A DNA stretch of 64,000 nucleotides from a virus (IMGVR_UViG_3300037423_000582:3716-67715); one strand, 5' to 3'; counted from the first letter of the stretch, positions 26,501-36,739 are shown. Notes: a model not told the origin generated them from the letters alone. Program-made: numbers and translations.

Positions 26501-28178
26501 TGATGCGGCGCTCCAGCTTGATCGGCTTGGCGTCGACCGTGTCGAGCGTGAAGTCCGTGCCGTCGAGGTTGTTGATCGTGATCTGCCAGTAGCGGCCGGC
26601 GAGGCCCTTGCCGACCTTAACGCGCTGGGTGGCAAGGCCGGGCTGGCTCGACACCGGCAGCGGGTAGATCACGGCCTCGTTGTCGTCCGTGATGATGCGC
26701 ACGACCATGTCGGCCTGCGAGCGGTAGCCGACGAACAAGCGCTCCAGCACCTTGACGAACGACGAGCCGAAGTCCGTCGTGGGCAGTGTGAGCGTGGCAT
26801 TGATCGGCAGACCGTTGTCATCGTTGCCGACCAGTTCGAACAGGCCGTTGCTGTTGGCGCCCAGGTTGCGGTCGAACGCGCGCGTGAAGCTGTTATAGCC
26901 GTACTCGGTGAACGTCGTGAGGGTCAGGGTCTGGGTGTTCATCACGATGGCCGCCGGCACGCCGGATACGCCCACGAACTGGTTCGTCACCGGGTCGTAC
27001 ATGGCCGCGCCGGCCGGGCCGGTGTCGAAGGTGTAGCGCTCGCGCGTGAGGTTGTTCACGTCCAGGCTGGGCAGGCCGACGCACAGGCCGGCGCGGCTGA
27101 CCCACATCGGCAGGCGGCGCGCGCCGGTCGAGCCTTCCATGAACAGCGTGCCGTCGACGTAGGCCAGCGCACCCTGCACGACACCGTAGTCGCAGCGCTG
27201 CACGTACTTGAAGTCGTCGGGCGACTCGCCCAGCAGCACGCCGGTCGAGTTCGTGGTGCCGATGAAGAAGCCCGACGCGCCGGTGTCCTCGATTGGCGCC
27301 AGCATCGTGATCGGTCCGTCGAGCACGAGGTTGTTGCGCAGGTCGAACAGCTCGTAGGCGAACGGCTCGGACATGTACAGTGTGTCGCCCACGGCCACGT
27401 ACACGCGGCCCTTGTAGTAGGCCAGTAGTTGTCCGGCCGGCGGCGGCGTCATGAACTGGGTCTCCAGTGGCTCGTTCATCGCGGCAATAGCCGCAGCATT
27501 CGGCGTGAACGTGGCGCCGTCCACGACCGTGCCGACGTGGTACAGCACCTCGCTGTTGGGCGGCGTCATGTACACGCGCGTGTTCGTCACGGTGCCATCC
27601 GTGGAGGCTGGCACCGTGACGACGATGCCGCCCCCGGCCGCCACGTCGACAACTTGCGCGCCCGGCGCACCCGATTCCTGGCCGTCGGCGCGCAGGTACG
27701 TGGCCGTGACCAGATAGCGGCCCGGCACCAGATCGCCGCTCGTGGGCGTGACCAGCACGGGTGGCACGGCAATACCCCACGTGCGCATGGAGCTGGCCAG
27801 CACGGCGCCGGTGTCATGGCCATTGCTGAAGTAGACCTGACCACCCGCGCGCGTGTATGCCAGCGGCGCGCCCGACAGGCTGTTCGTCAGCAGCGTGGGC
27901 GTGAGGTTCGCGTCGAGGCTGTACAGCGACATGCCGGATGCCACGAACGCGCCGAAGGCATCGCCCCACAGTGAGTGCATGGCGCCGAGCAGGCGCAGCG
28001 TGGCGCCAGCGCGGCGGGAAGCAGCGCGGTCGTCGTCGAGCACGACATTGTTGGCCACGACCAGATCGGTGCGCGCGAGGCGTTCGGGCGTGGTGTCATT
28101 GCGCAGACCAGTGAATTCGGTGAACGTGGTGACGTCGCGGTCGGCACGCTGCTTGGGCTTGAAGTCGGTCGTGGTCAT
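26487..28178 (-). CDS. tail tubular/nozzle-like (beta-propeller) protein
   Basis: 563 aa beta-rich; C-terminal RVKVGKGLAGRYWQITI pattern typical of podophage tail stabilisation proteins. Confidence 0.6.
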   Translation of the reverse strand: MTTTDFKPKQRADRDVTTFTEFTGLRNDTTPERLARTDLVVANNVVLDDDRAASRRAGATLRLLGAMHSLWGDAFGAFVASGMSLYSLDANLTPTLLTNSLSGAPLAYTRAGGQVYFSNGHDTGAVLASSMRTWGIAVPPVLVTPTSGDLVPGRYLVTATYLRADGQESGAPGAQVVDVAAGGGIVVTVPASTDGTVTNTRVYMTPPNSEVLYHVGTVVDGATFTPNAAAIAAMNEPLETQFMTPPPAGQLLAYYKGRVYVAVGDTLYMSEPFAYELFDLRNNLVLDGPITMLAPIEDTGASGFFIGTTNSTGVLLGESPDDFKYVQRCDYGVVQGALAYVDGTLFMEGSTGARRLPMWVSRAGLCVGLPSLDVNNLTRERYTFDTGPAGAAMYDPVTNQFVGVSGVPAAIVMNTQTLTLTTFTEYGYNSFTRAFDRNLGANSNGLFELVGNDDNGLPINATLTLPTTDFGSSFVKVLERLFVGYRSQADMVVRIITDDNEAVIYPLPVSSQPGLATQRVKVGKGLAGRYWQITINNLDGTDFTLDTVDAKPIKLERRINGRA

Positions 28179-28310
28179 GTCGTCTTTTCGTGGGTGATTA
28201 ACGGTCGCGCCGCCACACGAGGGAGACGGCTCATGTGGCGGCACTGGTAGCAGGTTTTGCGCTTAGACACGAGAGCGCATGCGGCCCACCTGCGACTGGG
28301 GCCATCGCAT

Positions 28311-28826
28311 TCAATTTGTCAGCAGGCGGTCGGCCTGAATCACGGCTTGGCAGGCGGTCAGCTTTTCGACGATCCGGTTGTAGTCGGCGTATCGTCCAGC
28401 AAGTCGCGCTGCAACTGGTCCGGCGAGAGTTTCGTCTCCGGTACCAGCAGGTCCTCCGGTACCGGCTGCGGCACTGGGCACTTGGCCACCACAGGCGGCG
28501 GGATGATTGGTGCGGACGCGCAGCCTTGTAATGTCATTGCGCAGGTCAGTAATAACAGCATCAGCGCGGGCTTTGTCGATTTCATTGTTGGCCTTGTAGT
28601 TGTCGATGGCGTTGGTGATCGCAGCAGCCTGGTTTCGTTCGACGGTTTCGGCATGCGCCTCGGCATCGGATTTGGCCTTGTTTGCCTTGACGTAGGCGAT
28701 GTTGTAGTCCCTGGTCAGCTGCTGCAGCTCGTTGTCCATGTACTCATGCATGGCATAGGCGCCGAGGGCGGCAGCCAGTAGCAGCCCGAGGATGGCGCTT
28801 ACAAGGTCTTCGAGCATGGTCCTCAT
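28311..28826 (-). CDS. rz: i-spanin (Rz-like)
   Basis: N-terminal TM, coiled coil, LRVR and C-terminal LTACQAVI; follows the holin/endolysin genes. Confidence 0.85.
   Translation of the reverse strand: MRTMLEDLVSAILGLLLAAALGAYAMHEYMDNELQQLTRDYNIAYVKANKAKSDAEAHAETVERNQAAAITNAIDNYKANNEIDKARADAVITDLRNDITRLRVRTNHPAACGGQVPSAAAGTGGPAGTGDETLAGPVAARLAGRYADYNRIVEKLTACQAVIQADRLLTN
28358..28585 (-). CDS. rz1: o-spanin lipoprotein (Rz1-like) embedded in rz
   Basis: Signal peptide with lipobox LQGC; Pro-rich; nested in an alternative frame. Confidence 0.8.
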   Translation of the reverse strand: MKSTKPALMLLLLTCAMTLQGCASAPIIPPPVVAKCPVPQPVPEDLLVPETKLSPDQLQRDLLDDTPTTTGSSKS

Positions 28827-29167
28827 TTCATCTCCAGCGGATGCGTGGTCTTGAAGCGCAGGATGATGTTGGCGATCGCGATCACGCCGATCACGAACTG
28901 GTAATACTCGGCCGGGATGAATGGCTGCAGCGACGGCATGTTCTGCGCGAGGTAGGTGACGAAGTCCGGCAACTGCTGCAGGAATGCCAGCGCCAGCGTG
29001 TTGAACCACACGGTCTTGGACTTGAGCGCGCCGCGCAATTTGTCGAGGAATTCCTGGACCTTCGGCGGCATGCTTTCGCGGCGGGTATTGAGGAACCAGA
29101 ACGCCACGGTAATAGCGAAAGCGGCCAGTAGAAGCGACAGGAGGAAGTAGACGACTTGCGGTTTCAT
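28823..29167 (-). CDS. putative holin
   Basis: 114 aa, about 3 hydrophobic segments, LKSKTVWFN; lies between endolysin and Rz. Confidence 0.65.
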   Translation of the reverse strand: MKPQVVYFLLSLLLAAFAITVAFWFLNTRRESMPPKVQEFLDKLRGALKSKTVWFNTLALAFLQQLPDFVTYLAQNMPSLQPFIPAEYYQFVIGVIAIANIILRFKTTHPLEMK

Positions 29168-29688
29168 AGAAGTACCTTTCGGGCTCGGTCAAAGAATGCG
29201 ATGCGGTCGGAGAGATTGTTGTAGCCACCGTTGACACGTCGCGTCACGGCTTTCACATCACCGGTATCGGCGATCTCGTTGCAGCCATGCGAGCGCCAGA
29301 ACCAGCCGGCGCTCTGTGCGGCATATATCGGTAGCTCCAGCAGCTCCGGGTGGTCCAGCAGCGGCAGACCGAGCGCCTTGGCGCACGCGGCGTAGTTCGC
29401 GCGTCCCGTGACCTGGATGAGTCCGCGGCCCTTGAACCTCTGGCCGTCGCCCGGCATGGTATTGCCCAGATCAGCGCGGCCCTCGTAGCGTATGCCGGAT
29501 GCCAGCTCGGCCGTGTAGGTGAGCTGGATCGACTCGCAGGCGATCTGGGCCAGGAACTGCGCCGCGCGCATCGGTGTGTTGATGTCGAATTCGCTGAAGG
29601 CGTCATTGATCCCTCCGATGAATCCCTCGATGCGCCAGTGCGCGGCCTGCGGCATGATCTGCATCAGATCGGTGATGGTGACGATCAT
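29164..29688 (-). CDS. endolysin, glycoside hydrolase family 19
   Basis: FLAQIACES, FKGRGLIQVTGRANY, SAGWFW, VTRRVNGG. Confidence 0.9.
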   Translation of the reverse strand: MIVTITDLMQIMPQAAHWRIEGFIGGINDAFSEFDINTPMRAAQFLAQIACESIQLTYTAELASGIRYEGRADLGNTMPGDGQRFKGRGLIQVTGRANYAACAKALGLPLLDHPELLELPIYAAQSAGWFWRSHGCNEIADTGDVKAVTRRVNGGYNNLSDRIAFFDRARKVLL

Positions 29689-29960
29689 TTGTTTTTCCCG
29701 TTGATCAAGGCCCACAGGGAGACCAGGGCGCCCACACACATCACCGCCCACTTCAGTACGGCGCCGAGCCAGCCGAGGAACTTTATGCCGGCTTCCATCG
29801 TGCCGAACAGCTTCACGATGGTCTCGGTCAACTCGGTGTTCTTGTCGAGCTTGTACTCGAACGTATCCATGCGTGCTTCCAGTGCCGCGAGTGACCCGGT
29901 CGGAGGATTCAGATCGGACGACCGGCGGCAAGGACCGGTAGGTTTATTGTTCGTGTCCAT
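29685..29960 (-). CDS. membrane protein of the lysis cassette (holin/antiholin-like)
   Basis: Coiled-coil N-terminus plus C-terminal TM; overlaps the endolysin start. Confidence 0.6.
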   Translation of the reverse strand: MDTNNKPTGPCRRSSDLNPPTGSLAALEARMDTFEYKLDKNTELTETIVKLFGTMEAGIKFLGWLGAVLKWAVMCVGALVSLWALINGKNK

Positions 29961-29977
29961 ACGTTCTTTCTATCGGG

Positions 29978-32900
29978 TTAAACAACTTTTACGCGCACGT
30001 TCGCCCGTCCGTCTGCAAGGATGTTCTGCACGATACCGACGGCGCGCATGTACCATGCCAGGGTCATGTCGGCGGCCGGTACGAGCACGGCAGAGATGCC
30101 GCCGCTTTCGGTCGGCGTCGGCACGACGTACTGGCCCGGCGCGGCACCGATAACGTTGACCGGCACCTGACCGCAGTAGGCGATGCGGTCGACCTTCTGG
30201 CGCGCGGCTTCGAGCATGACCTCGAAGTCGGCCAGTGCGGCTTGATAGGCCGGCACGGTCACGGTGTCGAACGTGTGCCGTGCTGCCTGGACAGCAGCGT
30301 TATGCGCGGCCTGATCGTCCTCGTACTGGGCGCGCTGGGCTTTGATCTCGTCGGTGTCGTCCTCGTGCGGTTCCGTGATGACCGCATCAACGCCCGTGTA
30401 TTCAGGCGCCACGAACATCGGTTCGACCGGGCGCGTGGTGCCGAGAGCAGCCTCAGTGCCCCATACATCGCCACCGACGTATGCCGGGTCGGTCGATTTG
30501 ATCAGGAACGAGATCGCGTCGGCCCACTTGTCTGTCAGCTTGCCGTGACTATCCACGCCGATAATCTGGCCCTTGGCGAGCACGCCGCAACCGTCGGCCT
30601 TGGTCATGTACTCGGCGTAGTCGGCGCCGGATGCATTGATAGTGCCAGCTGCGTTGATAGACCGGCCGGTAGAAGTATTTCTGCCAATCCCTACGGCTGT
30701 TGCAGCAGCATTCCAGTTCTGGTCTGAACAGCCGTAAATGATCTGGGTGTTTTGCACTGTCGTCGGAGACCCGAATGCCGCAATGGTCGTACCTTGTGCA
30801 ACGCTCTTGTATAAGGTGTGGCATGACCCGCTCGTCGTGTTCACCAGCAGATTGCCGCTGCTATCAATGCGTGCACACTCGTTCACCGAGCGCACATTGG
30901 CGAGCGTGTCACCACCACTACTTGTGTAGAACACGATGTTGCCGTCTGAAGCCAATCCGCTTGTGGACGAGTTGCGCAGGAAATCGATACCGGCGATATA
31001 AGCCGGGTCGCGCACGTCGCGGTATGCTGCTCCCCAGATACCCCCTGCGATGTAGTTGTTCGTATTGGTGGTATTCCCTGTGCCGCGATTGTTGAGGGTG
31101 ATCACCGGTCCGTCTGTATTGCTGTCGGTACGCAGTTCGAGCAGTGTATTAGGGCCGCTGGTACTGAGTCCGAGCCTGCCGCTGCTGTTCACACGCAAAC
31201 GCTCGATGGGCGAACTATATGGATCGCCACCCGTCAGCAACGTGAATGCGTCGCTCGAATTCTTCCAGCTAAAGACCGTCGAGCCCGATGTATCCGGCAT
31301 GTGCGTCACGGCGTATTGCCCTGATGTACCCAGAACACCATGGATAGTCTTGCCGGCCACATGAAGTTTTGCGGATGGCGTCACGCCGATGCCGAGGTTG
31401 CCGCTGCCATCGAGGGTCATGTTCTGATTAACGGCGCCGCCAGCAGTGCGAGTGCCGAAATAGAGGCTACTCGATGGCGCCGCCGAAGTGTGCGTTGAAT
31501 CCGATCCCGCGCCGATATACGCCATGATCTTGTTGGTAGCCGAAATACTCGGCATGACGAACGAGACCGTGCCGATCGCACTGCTCGCACCCGTGCAGTT
31601 CGACGACATGATGGCGTGGGCCTGCGAGTTGGCCGCCGTATCGGTATTCAGGAGTTCAAGCACACGGGCCGAACCACCGTGCGTGTACTTGGACGGTGCA
31701 GTCTGGCCGAGACCGAAATTACCGTTGATGTCGAAACGGGCTTTTTCCCCCCATGCGCCACCGGCGTAGCTATAAAACTGGAGATTCCCCGCGCCAGCTT
31801 GAGCCAACCACGAATTGCTCGTCGTACCAGTATCTGTAAGCTGGATAGCTGCCCCTTGCCCGACACCTACGGCCGTACTCGTCCGCTGGATTTCGACATC
31901 AGGAGCCACGTTGGAGGAAGATTTGCCGACCAGGGCCAATGCCGCGTTGCTGGTCGTGTTGTTGATCGTCGCCTTTGCGGAGGATGTCGGCGCGGTAGCC
32001 CCTACCATGAAGTTGCCGCTGGTGTCGAAGCGGGCAATCTCGGTGCTGTTCATCCGGAAGGCGAGCGGCAGTAGTGTGCCGGTGCCCGACACTTTCGAGT
32101 TCAGGAAGCCAGCAGTGGCGTCCGCACCCGTCGACAGGTACGCACTGTTCGCCATGTCGGAGGCGTTGAATGCATTGACCTGCCCCGCCGTGCCCGTGCC
32201 ATTCGGCCGGATGGCCACGGACGTAAAACTATTCGCGACCGAAGTCCGGAAACTCACGCGGTTGGACAGCGTCGCGTCGGAGAAGTCGCCGATGATGTTC
32301 TTGCCCTGCGTGCCGAGCGTCAGGTCGCCCGTCGTCGACACATTGCCGGTAAAAGCTGCGCCGCTCAGGTTCGCTTTCAGGTCCAGCGCGGTCTGCGTCA
32401 ACGTACTGACCGGCTTGTCCGCGTCCGATGTGTTATTGACGTTGCCCAGGCCCACATCGGCCTTATTGCCGGACGTGGCCACGGCGGCCAAGCCCAGATT
32501 CGTCGCGGCGTTGGACTTCTGCGTCGTGGTCAAGCCCTGCGTGTTGATGTCGACGCGCAAACGATTGCCCAGCGCCGTCGTCACGGTCGTCGAGAAGTTC
32601 GCGTCGTTGCCCAGCGCGGCGGCCAGCTCGTTGAGCGTGTCAAGCGCGGCCGGCGAACTGGCAATGAGATCCGCCTTGGCCTGCGCCACGGCAGCCGTCA
32701 CGAATGCCGTGCTGGCCGCCGTCGTCGAGTTGTCGCCGGCCGAAGCCGTCGGCACGCTGATCGGCTGCGCAAACGACTGCCCGGCCGCGCCGAGCTGCGC
32801 CAGCGCGCCCAGCGAGCCGGCAGTGGCGCGGTGTGAGACCTGATCGCCCACGCCCCACGCGCGCGCCGTGGTACCTTCCTGGCCGCGCACGATGGTGAAG

Positions 32901-33109
32901 GTGTCGACCGAGCGTGCCGTGACCTTCACGACTTCGTGGTTGGCTTCAATACCGCCGATCAGCTGGAACAGCGTGATGAGGAAATAGTCGCCGCCCGACG
33001 GTGACGGGAACTTTGCGCCCGCGCCGGCTTGCACGGTGAGCGAAGTCGCCGTATTGGTGATCGCACTGGCCAGCGTGGAGAATGCGTTGTTCGCAAAGAG
33101 CTGCGTCAT
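29978..33109 (-). CDS. tail fibre with a C-terminal chaperone-like domain
   Basis: Anchor N-terminus; LDTLNELAAALGND; five R.D.SGN-type repeats; C-terminal ADYAEY...STDPAYVGGD.WG. Confidence 0.85.
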   Translation of the reverse strand: MTQLFANNAFSTLASAITNTATSLTVQAGAGAKFPSPSGGDYFLITLFQLIGGIEANHEVVKVTARSVDTFTIVRGQEGTTARAWGVGDQVSHRATAGSLGALAQLGAAGQSFAQPISVPTASAGDNSTTAASTAFVTAAVAQAKADLIASSPAALDTLNELAAALGNDANFSTTVTTALGNRLRVDINTQGLTTTQKSNAATNLGLAAVATSGNKADVGLGNVNNTSDADKPVSTLTQTALDLKANLSGAAFTGNVSTTGDLTLGTQGKNIIGDFSDATLSNRVSFRTSVANSFTSVAIRPNGTGTAGQVNAFNASDMANSAYLSTGADATAGFLNSKVSGTGTLLPLAFRMNSTEIARFDTSGNFMVGATAPTSSAKATINNTTSNAALALVGKSSSNVAPDVEIQRTSTAVGVGQGAAIQLTDTGTTSNSWLAQAGAGNLQFYSYAGGAWGEKARFDINGNFGLGQTAPSKYTHGGSARVLELLNTDTAANSQAHAIMSSNCTGASSAIGTVSFVMPSISATNKIMAYIGAGSDSTHTSAAPSSSLYFGTRTAGGAVNQNMTLDGSGNLGIGVTPSAKLHVAGKTIHGVLGTSGQYAVTHMPDTSGSTVFSWKNSSDAFTLLTGGDPYSSPIERLRVNSSGRLGLSTSGPNTLLELRTDSNTDGPVITLNNRGTGNTTNTNNYIAGGIWGAAYRDVRDPAYIAGIDFLRNSSTSGLASDGNIVFYTSSGGDTLANVRSVNECARIDSSGNLLVNTTSGSCHTLYKSVAQGTTIAAFGSPTTVQNTQIIYGCSDQNWNAAATAVGIGRNTSTGRSINAAGTINASGADYAEYMTKADGCGVLAKGQIIGVDSHGKLTDKWADAISFLIKSTDPAYVGGDVWGTEAALGTTRPVEPMFVAPEYTGVDAVITEPHEDDTDEIKAQRAQYEDDQAAHNAAVQAARHTFDTVTVPAYQAALADFEVMLEAARQKVDRIAYCGQVPVNVIGAAPGQYVVPTPTESGGISAVLVPAADMTLAWYMRAVGIVQNILADGRANVRVKVV

Positions 33110-33390
33110 TATTGTTCCTTCACTTTGATGGTGACTTCATCCTCGAACGTGACACCGTCGTTGGTCGTCACGACGAAGGTGAGTTTGTAGCTCACACCGT
33201 CGGTGCCGCCTGCAACGAAGAAGCGCACGCGCGGCGAGATGACAGTGATCTGGTCGACGACCAGTTCGGATGGCGGCGTGGTCTTGAGCGCGGCAGTCAT
33301 CACGAGGTCGTCGCTCGTGATCGCGTCGATGTAGTTGATCGTGTACGAGCGGCGTTCGCCGGGCTGCTTGGTCTTGGTCCCTAGTTTCAT
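33109..33390 (-). CDS. fibre-tail adaptor-like protein
   Basis: KQPGERRSYTINY...FFVAGGTDGVSYKLT pattern; adjacent to the fibre. Confidence 0.6.
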   Translation of the reverse strand: MKLGTKTKQPGERRSYTINYIDAITSDDLVMTAALKTTPPSELVVDQITVISPRVRFFVAGGTDGVSYKLTFVVTTNDGVTFEDEVTIKVKEQ

Positions 33391-34820
33391 GCGTAGCGCC
33401 TCATTTCAGTTTCCTCGAAGGGACGGTCGAATTCGGTGTCATCGGCAGGCCGGTACATCGTGTCGTCGGGCAGGTCGACCGCTTCGATATTGATGCGCGC
33501 GTTGACCTGCAGGTCGATGCTGACGCCCAGCACGCACGCAGCCATGATCTTCATGACCGGGTAGAGCGCGAAGTCGACCGACACGTCGAAGCTCGCGCTC
33601 GCTGGTCGCGTGACGGTAGTCGTCCCGTCGATCGCCGCACTGCCGGTGATGTCGGCCGCCGCCGGGCGCGTCGCCGTCGACAGCGCGACGAAGTCGGCCG
33701 TGACCGTGCCGTCGATCGTGGCAAGGCAGATGCGCGTCGGTGCCGCCTGCAGGTCCGTGCCCGGATCGATGAATTGCGCACTGCCGACCATCGTGTTGAT
33801 CGCGCCGGCTGCGATATCGATGTTGCCCTGCAGGTCGGCGGCAACCATGCGCATCGCCACGCCGGTCGCCGTCATGTCGGAACCAGGGTCGAGCGCGATG
33901 GCCGGCATCTGGGTCAGCGTTGGCGCCAGCGCCATGCCAGCGTCGCCGGCCATGAGCGCTGCGCCCGCGTGGGTCTGCAGCATCGCCAGTGCCATGCTGG
34001 CCGTGACCGTCAGGCTTGCCGCCGGCAGCACGTAGCGCACGCCCTCGACCGTGAACGAGATATCCGGACGGATGATCGAGGCTGGCACGGCCAGCGTGAT
34101 ACCGTCGGGCTCGACGTCCGCATAGCAGTCCATGAGCGCGTTGGTGCTCAGATGGACATAGGTCGGGACGATCGCGAAGCTGTCCTGCAGCTCGACGAAT
34201 GCCGCAGCTTGGCGCAGCACGATGCCCGAATCCGGTGTCGTGATGTCGACGCTGGGTACGAGGTCGGCAAACGCGTCGATATTATTGTTGATCTGGGCCT
34301 CGACGCGCACGGCAGCCGTGCCGATAACGGCTGCGGCAACGTTGCGCGTGACGAATGGCGCCAGCGCCACGTCGTCGTTGCCGACCATTGCAGCGGCGCC
34401 CGGCTGGATCTTCGTGGCCGAGGCATCGAGCGCCACGGTGCCGGTAATGCTGGCGTCGGCCAGGATGGATGCAGGGATCGCCAGCAGGTCGGCGTAGCAG
34501 TCCATCAGCACGGCGCACGGCACGATGCGGTACACCGCTGCGACGATCTCGGCGCCGCACACGAGGTCTGCCGACGCGGCCTGGATGAACGTGACGTTCG
34601 TCTGGAGCATGACGCCCAGAGCGACGTCGGCACTCGCTGCTTGCGTGTGGGTCGGCGTCGCGACGAACGTGGCCGTGCCGCTGTTCAGGCTGGCCGTGGG
34701 CAGGACGACCCTGGTCGCGACCGCGCCGACATCGACCGTGCAGGTGATGTCGGCCGATGCGGCGATCGGCAGTACGGGACTGCCGTTTAACGCCTCACCG
34801 TTGATCGCGTAGAAGTTCAT
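33387..34820 (-). CDS. repetitive beta-strand tail structural protein
   Basis: 477 aa with periodic PAAA/A.A.I repeats; N-terminus MNFYAING.ALN. Confidence 0.6.
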   Translation of the reverse strand: MNFYAINGEALNGSPVLPIAASADITCTVDVGAVATRVVLPTASLNSGTATFVATPTHTQAASADVALGVMLQTNVTFIQAASADLVCGAEIVAAVYRIVPCAVLMDCYADLLAIPASILADASITGTVALDASATKIQPGAAAMVGNDDVALAPFVTRNVAAAVIGTAAVRVEAQINNNIDAFADLVPSVDITTPDSGIVLRQAAAFVELQDSFAIVPTYVHLSTNALMDCYADVEPDGITLAVPASIIRPDISFTVEGVRYVLPAASLTVTASMALAMLQTHAGAALMAGDAGMALAPTLTQMPAIALDPGSDMTATGVAMRMVAADLQGNIDIAAGAINTMVGSAQFIDPGTDLQAAPTRICLATIDGTVTADFVALSTATRPAAADITGSAAIDGTTTVTRPASASFDVSVDFALYPVMKIMAACVLGVSIDLQVNARINIEAVDLPDDTMYRPADDTEFDRPFEETEMRRYA

Positions 34821-34833
34821 CTATCGCAGCCGA

Positions 34834-35259
34834 TTACGACAGGGTGATGGTCAGCGTACCGATACCGAACGACAGCACGTCACCCGGCTGCAGTGTCTTC
34901 GGCGAGGTCAGCGGCGCGTGATACAGCAGGTTGCCGCCGGTGGCCGCGTCGTACAGGCCGATCGCATTGATCGTAATCGCCGATGCGCCGTTGTTGGCCG
35001 CGAAGGTGATCGCCTTGGCGTTCGACGAGACGCCGGAAGCGGGCGCCGACCATCCGGTGTCGATCGTGCCGGTGCCGGCGGCGTTCACGCGCGCGTAGGC
35101 CGGCATGGCCGAGGTCTGCACCTCGTTGGCGGTGGTGTTGTCGTCGCCCGGATCGGATGTGCACATGGCGACGTACACGCCGGCTGGGACCGGCATGGCG
35201 ACGCCGCGCAGGGTCGTCTGCAGGATGTTCGTCTTGGTGTAGGTGGAGTACTTGGACAT
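34834..35259 (-). CDS. small tail-fibre-related structural protein
   Basis: YVAMCTSDPG...YARV...ITF...LYDAATGGNLLY...KTLQPGD pattern. Confidence 0.7.
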   Translation of the reverse strand: MSKYSTYTKTNILQTTLRGVAMPVPAGVYVAMCTSDPGDDNTTANEVQTSAMPAYARVNAAGTGTIDTGWSAPASGVSSNAKAITFAANNGASAITINAIGLYDAATGGNLLYHAPLTSPKTLQPGDVLSFGIGTLTITLS

Positions 35260-35274
35260 GGCGGTTCCTATGGA

Positions 35275-35715
35275 TTAAACAGGTTGAAGGGTGATCGTCC
35301 ACACCACGTCCATCGACGTCGTGGAGGACTTGGTCTGGACAGGGATGACGGTCCGCGCAAGTAGGGTGCCGTCGCTGAGGAACAGGCCCAGCTCGGTGAT
35401 ACTCGCGGTGCCCACGCCTTCGCCGAAGGTAGAAAAGGCCGAGATCGTCCCACCGGACGCCGTCAGGTTGCCGAGGTTATTCTCTGCAACCTCGGCGACT
35501 ACATCCTGGTCGCTGCTGCTAACCGGCTGTGAACTCGTGCCGATGCGCATACTCTTGATCGTCCGTGTCTCGTAGGGCGAGATGATCTTCGCTGCTAGGT
35601 ATATCAGCCCCAGATCGACGACCTTATTCGGCGTGTTGATGACCCGGACCAGACCCGTTTCACTGTCAGTCAACGTGATAGTCAGGTAGCCGGTGGCGCG
35701 GATATCCGTTTCCAT
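35275..35715 (-). CDS. small tail structural protein
   Basis: NKVVDLG...MRIGT...ITELGLF..GTLLAR...VVWTI pattern; lower GC. Confidence 0.6.
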   Translation of the reverse strand: METDIRATGYLTITLTDSETGLVRVINTPNKVVDLGLIYLAAKIISPYETRTIKSMRIGTSSQPVSSSDQDVVAEVAENNLGNLTASGGTISAFSTFGEGVGTASITELGLFLSDGTLLARTVIPVQTKSSTTSMDVVWTITLQPV

Positions 35716-36365
35716 CAGATGCCTCCATACGCCACGACGCGGATCTTGCCGCGCGCGCGATCCTGCTCGGCCTTTGCTTCCTTGCAGTAGGCACGGAATT
35801 CAGCCTCGAAGCGTTGCGACAGCTGCTCGTTGTGGGTGTCGGTGTCCTGGCGCGCATACGCGAGGTGCTTCATCCACATGAGCAGCGCGAAGTGGTGCTG
35901 CGAGTCGATTTCGAGCTGGGATTTCGTGGTGGTGATGTCGCGCAGCGGCAGGCGGTACACGGACAGCGTTGCTGTGTCGTTCAGCTGCGGCACGTCGAGC
36001 CAGCGCACGGTATGCTCGTCCATGCCCAGCACGACGGCGCGCACCGGACCCTGGACGTTGGTGAGGCGGATGCCGCGCGAGTCCAGGTCTTCGAGGTTCC
36101 AGATATCCAGCTTGGCGCCATCGGAGTCGCGCTGCGCGCGGCGAATCCGCAGGATGCGCTTATCGATGGCGGCGATCGGTTCCCCGGCCTCGATATCGAC
36201 GCTGCACAGATCGGACGACGAGTCGGCGATGCCGTTCGTCAGCCGGCAGAATTTTTTCTGGGCGTCGTCCGCATAGAGGGCGATCAGATCGTCGGACCAT
36301 AGGAACGGTGCGACTGAGTCATCGACGTCGGCGCGGAAGGCGTCCCTAAGTCCATACGAGTCCAT
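35715..36365 (-). CDS. head-tail adaptor-like protein
   Basis: FR.DV.D...P.LWSD...H..LL.WM.HLAY..QD pattern; position after the capsid genes. Confidence 0.65.
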   Translation of the reverse strand: MDSYGLRDAFRADVDDSVAPFLWSDDLIALYADDAQKKFCRLTNGIADSSSDLCSVDIEAGEPIAAIDKRILRIRRAQRDSDGAKLDIWNLEDLDSRGIRLTNVQGPVRAVVLGMDEHTVRWLDVPQLNDTATLSVYRLPLRDITTTKSQLEIDSQHHFALLMWMKHLAYARQDTDTHNEQLSQRFEAEFRAYCKEAKAEQDRARGKIRVVAYGGI

Positions 36366-36739
36366 TAGGCGTCCGGATTAGCGTGCAGTTGGCGGAACTC
36401 GGCCCACAACGTGTCGCGCTCCTTGGCGTCGACCGGGAAGCCGGTGATGTCCGCCAGGGAGCGGATGTGCGGCGAACCATTGCCGGTAAAGGCTTCGCGC
36501 TCATTCTTCTCGACCAGGACCGTGAACGCGGCAAAGATCATCTCCTTGCGCTCCTCGCCCGTCAGGACTGGTGCCTGCTTGACGACTTCTTCCTCGATTT
36601 CGTGCTCGGGCACGGCGCCGACGGCGATCACGTCGTTCCACATTTCCTTGGGTACGTGCGTCGGCTCGCCTTTCTTGAACTCGATCGCATGTCCGAGAAG
36701 ACTGGTGACGACTTTGTTACGGTTGAGGATGAATTTCAT
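36365..36739 (-). CDS. hypothetical virion-module protein (paralog A)
   Basis: GHAIEFKKGEPTHVPKEM...GAV. Confidence 0.7.
   Translation of the reverse strand: MKFILNRNKVVTSLLGHAIEFKKGEPTHVPKEMWNDVIAVGAVPEHEIEEEVVKQAPVLTGEERKEMIFAAFTVLVEKNEREAFTGNGSPHIRSLADITGFPVDAKERDTLWAEFRQLHANPDA

Noticed and set aside
29978-33109. Diversity-generating retroelement targeting the tail fibre
   Set aside because: No reverse transcriptase and no near-identical template/variable repeat pair were seen in the window.
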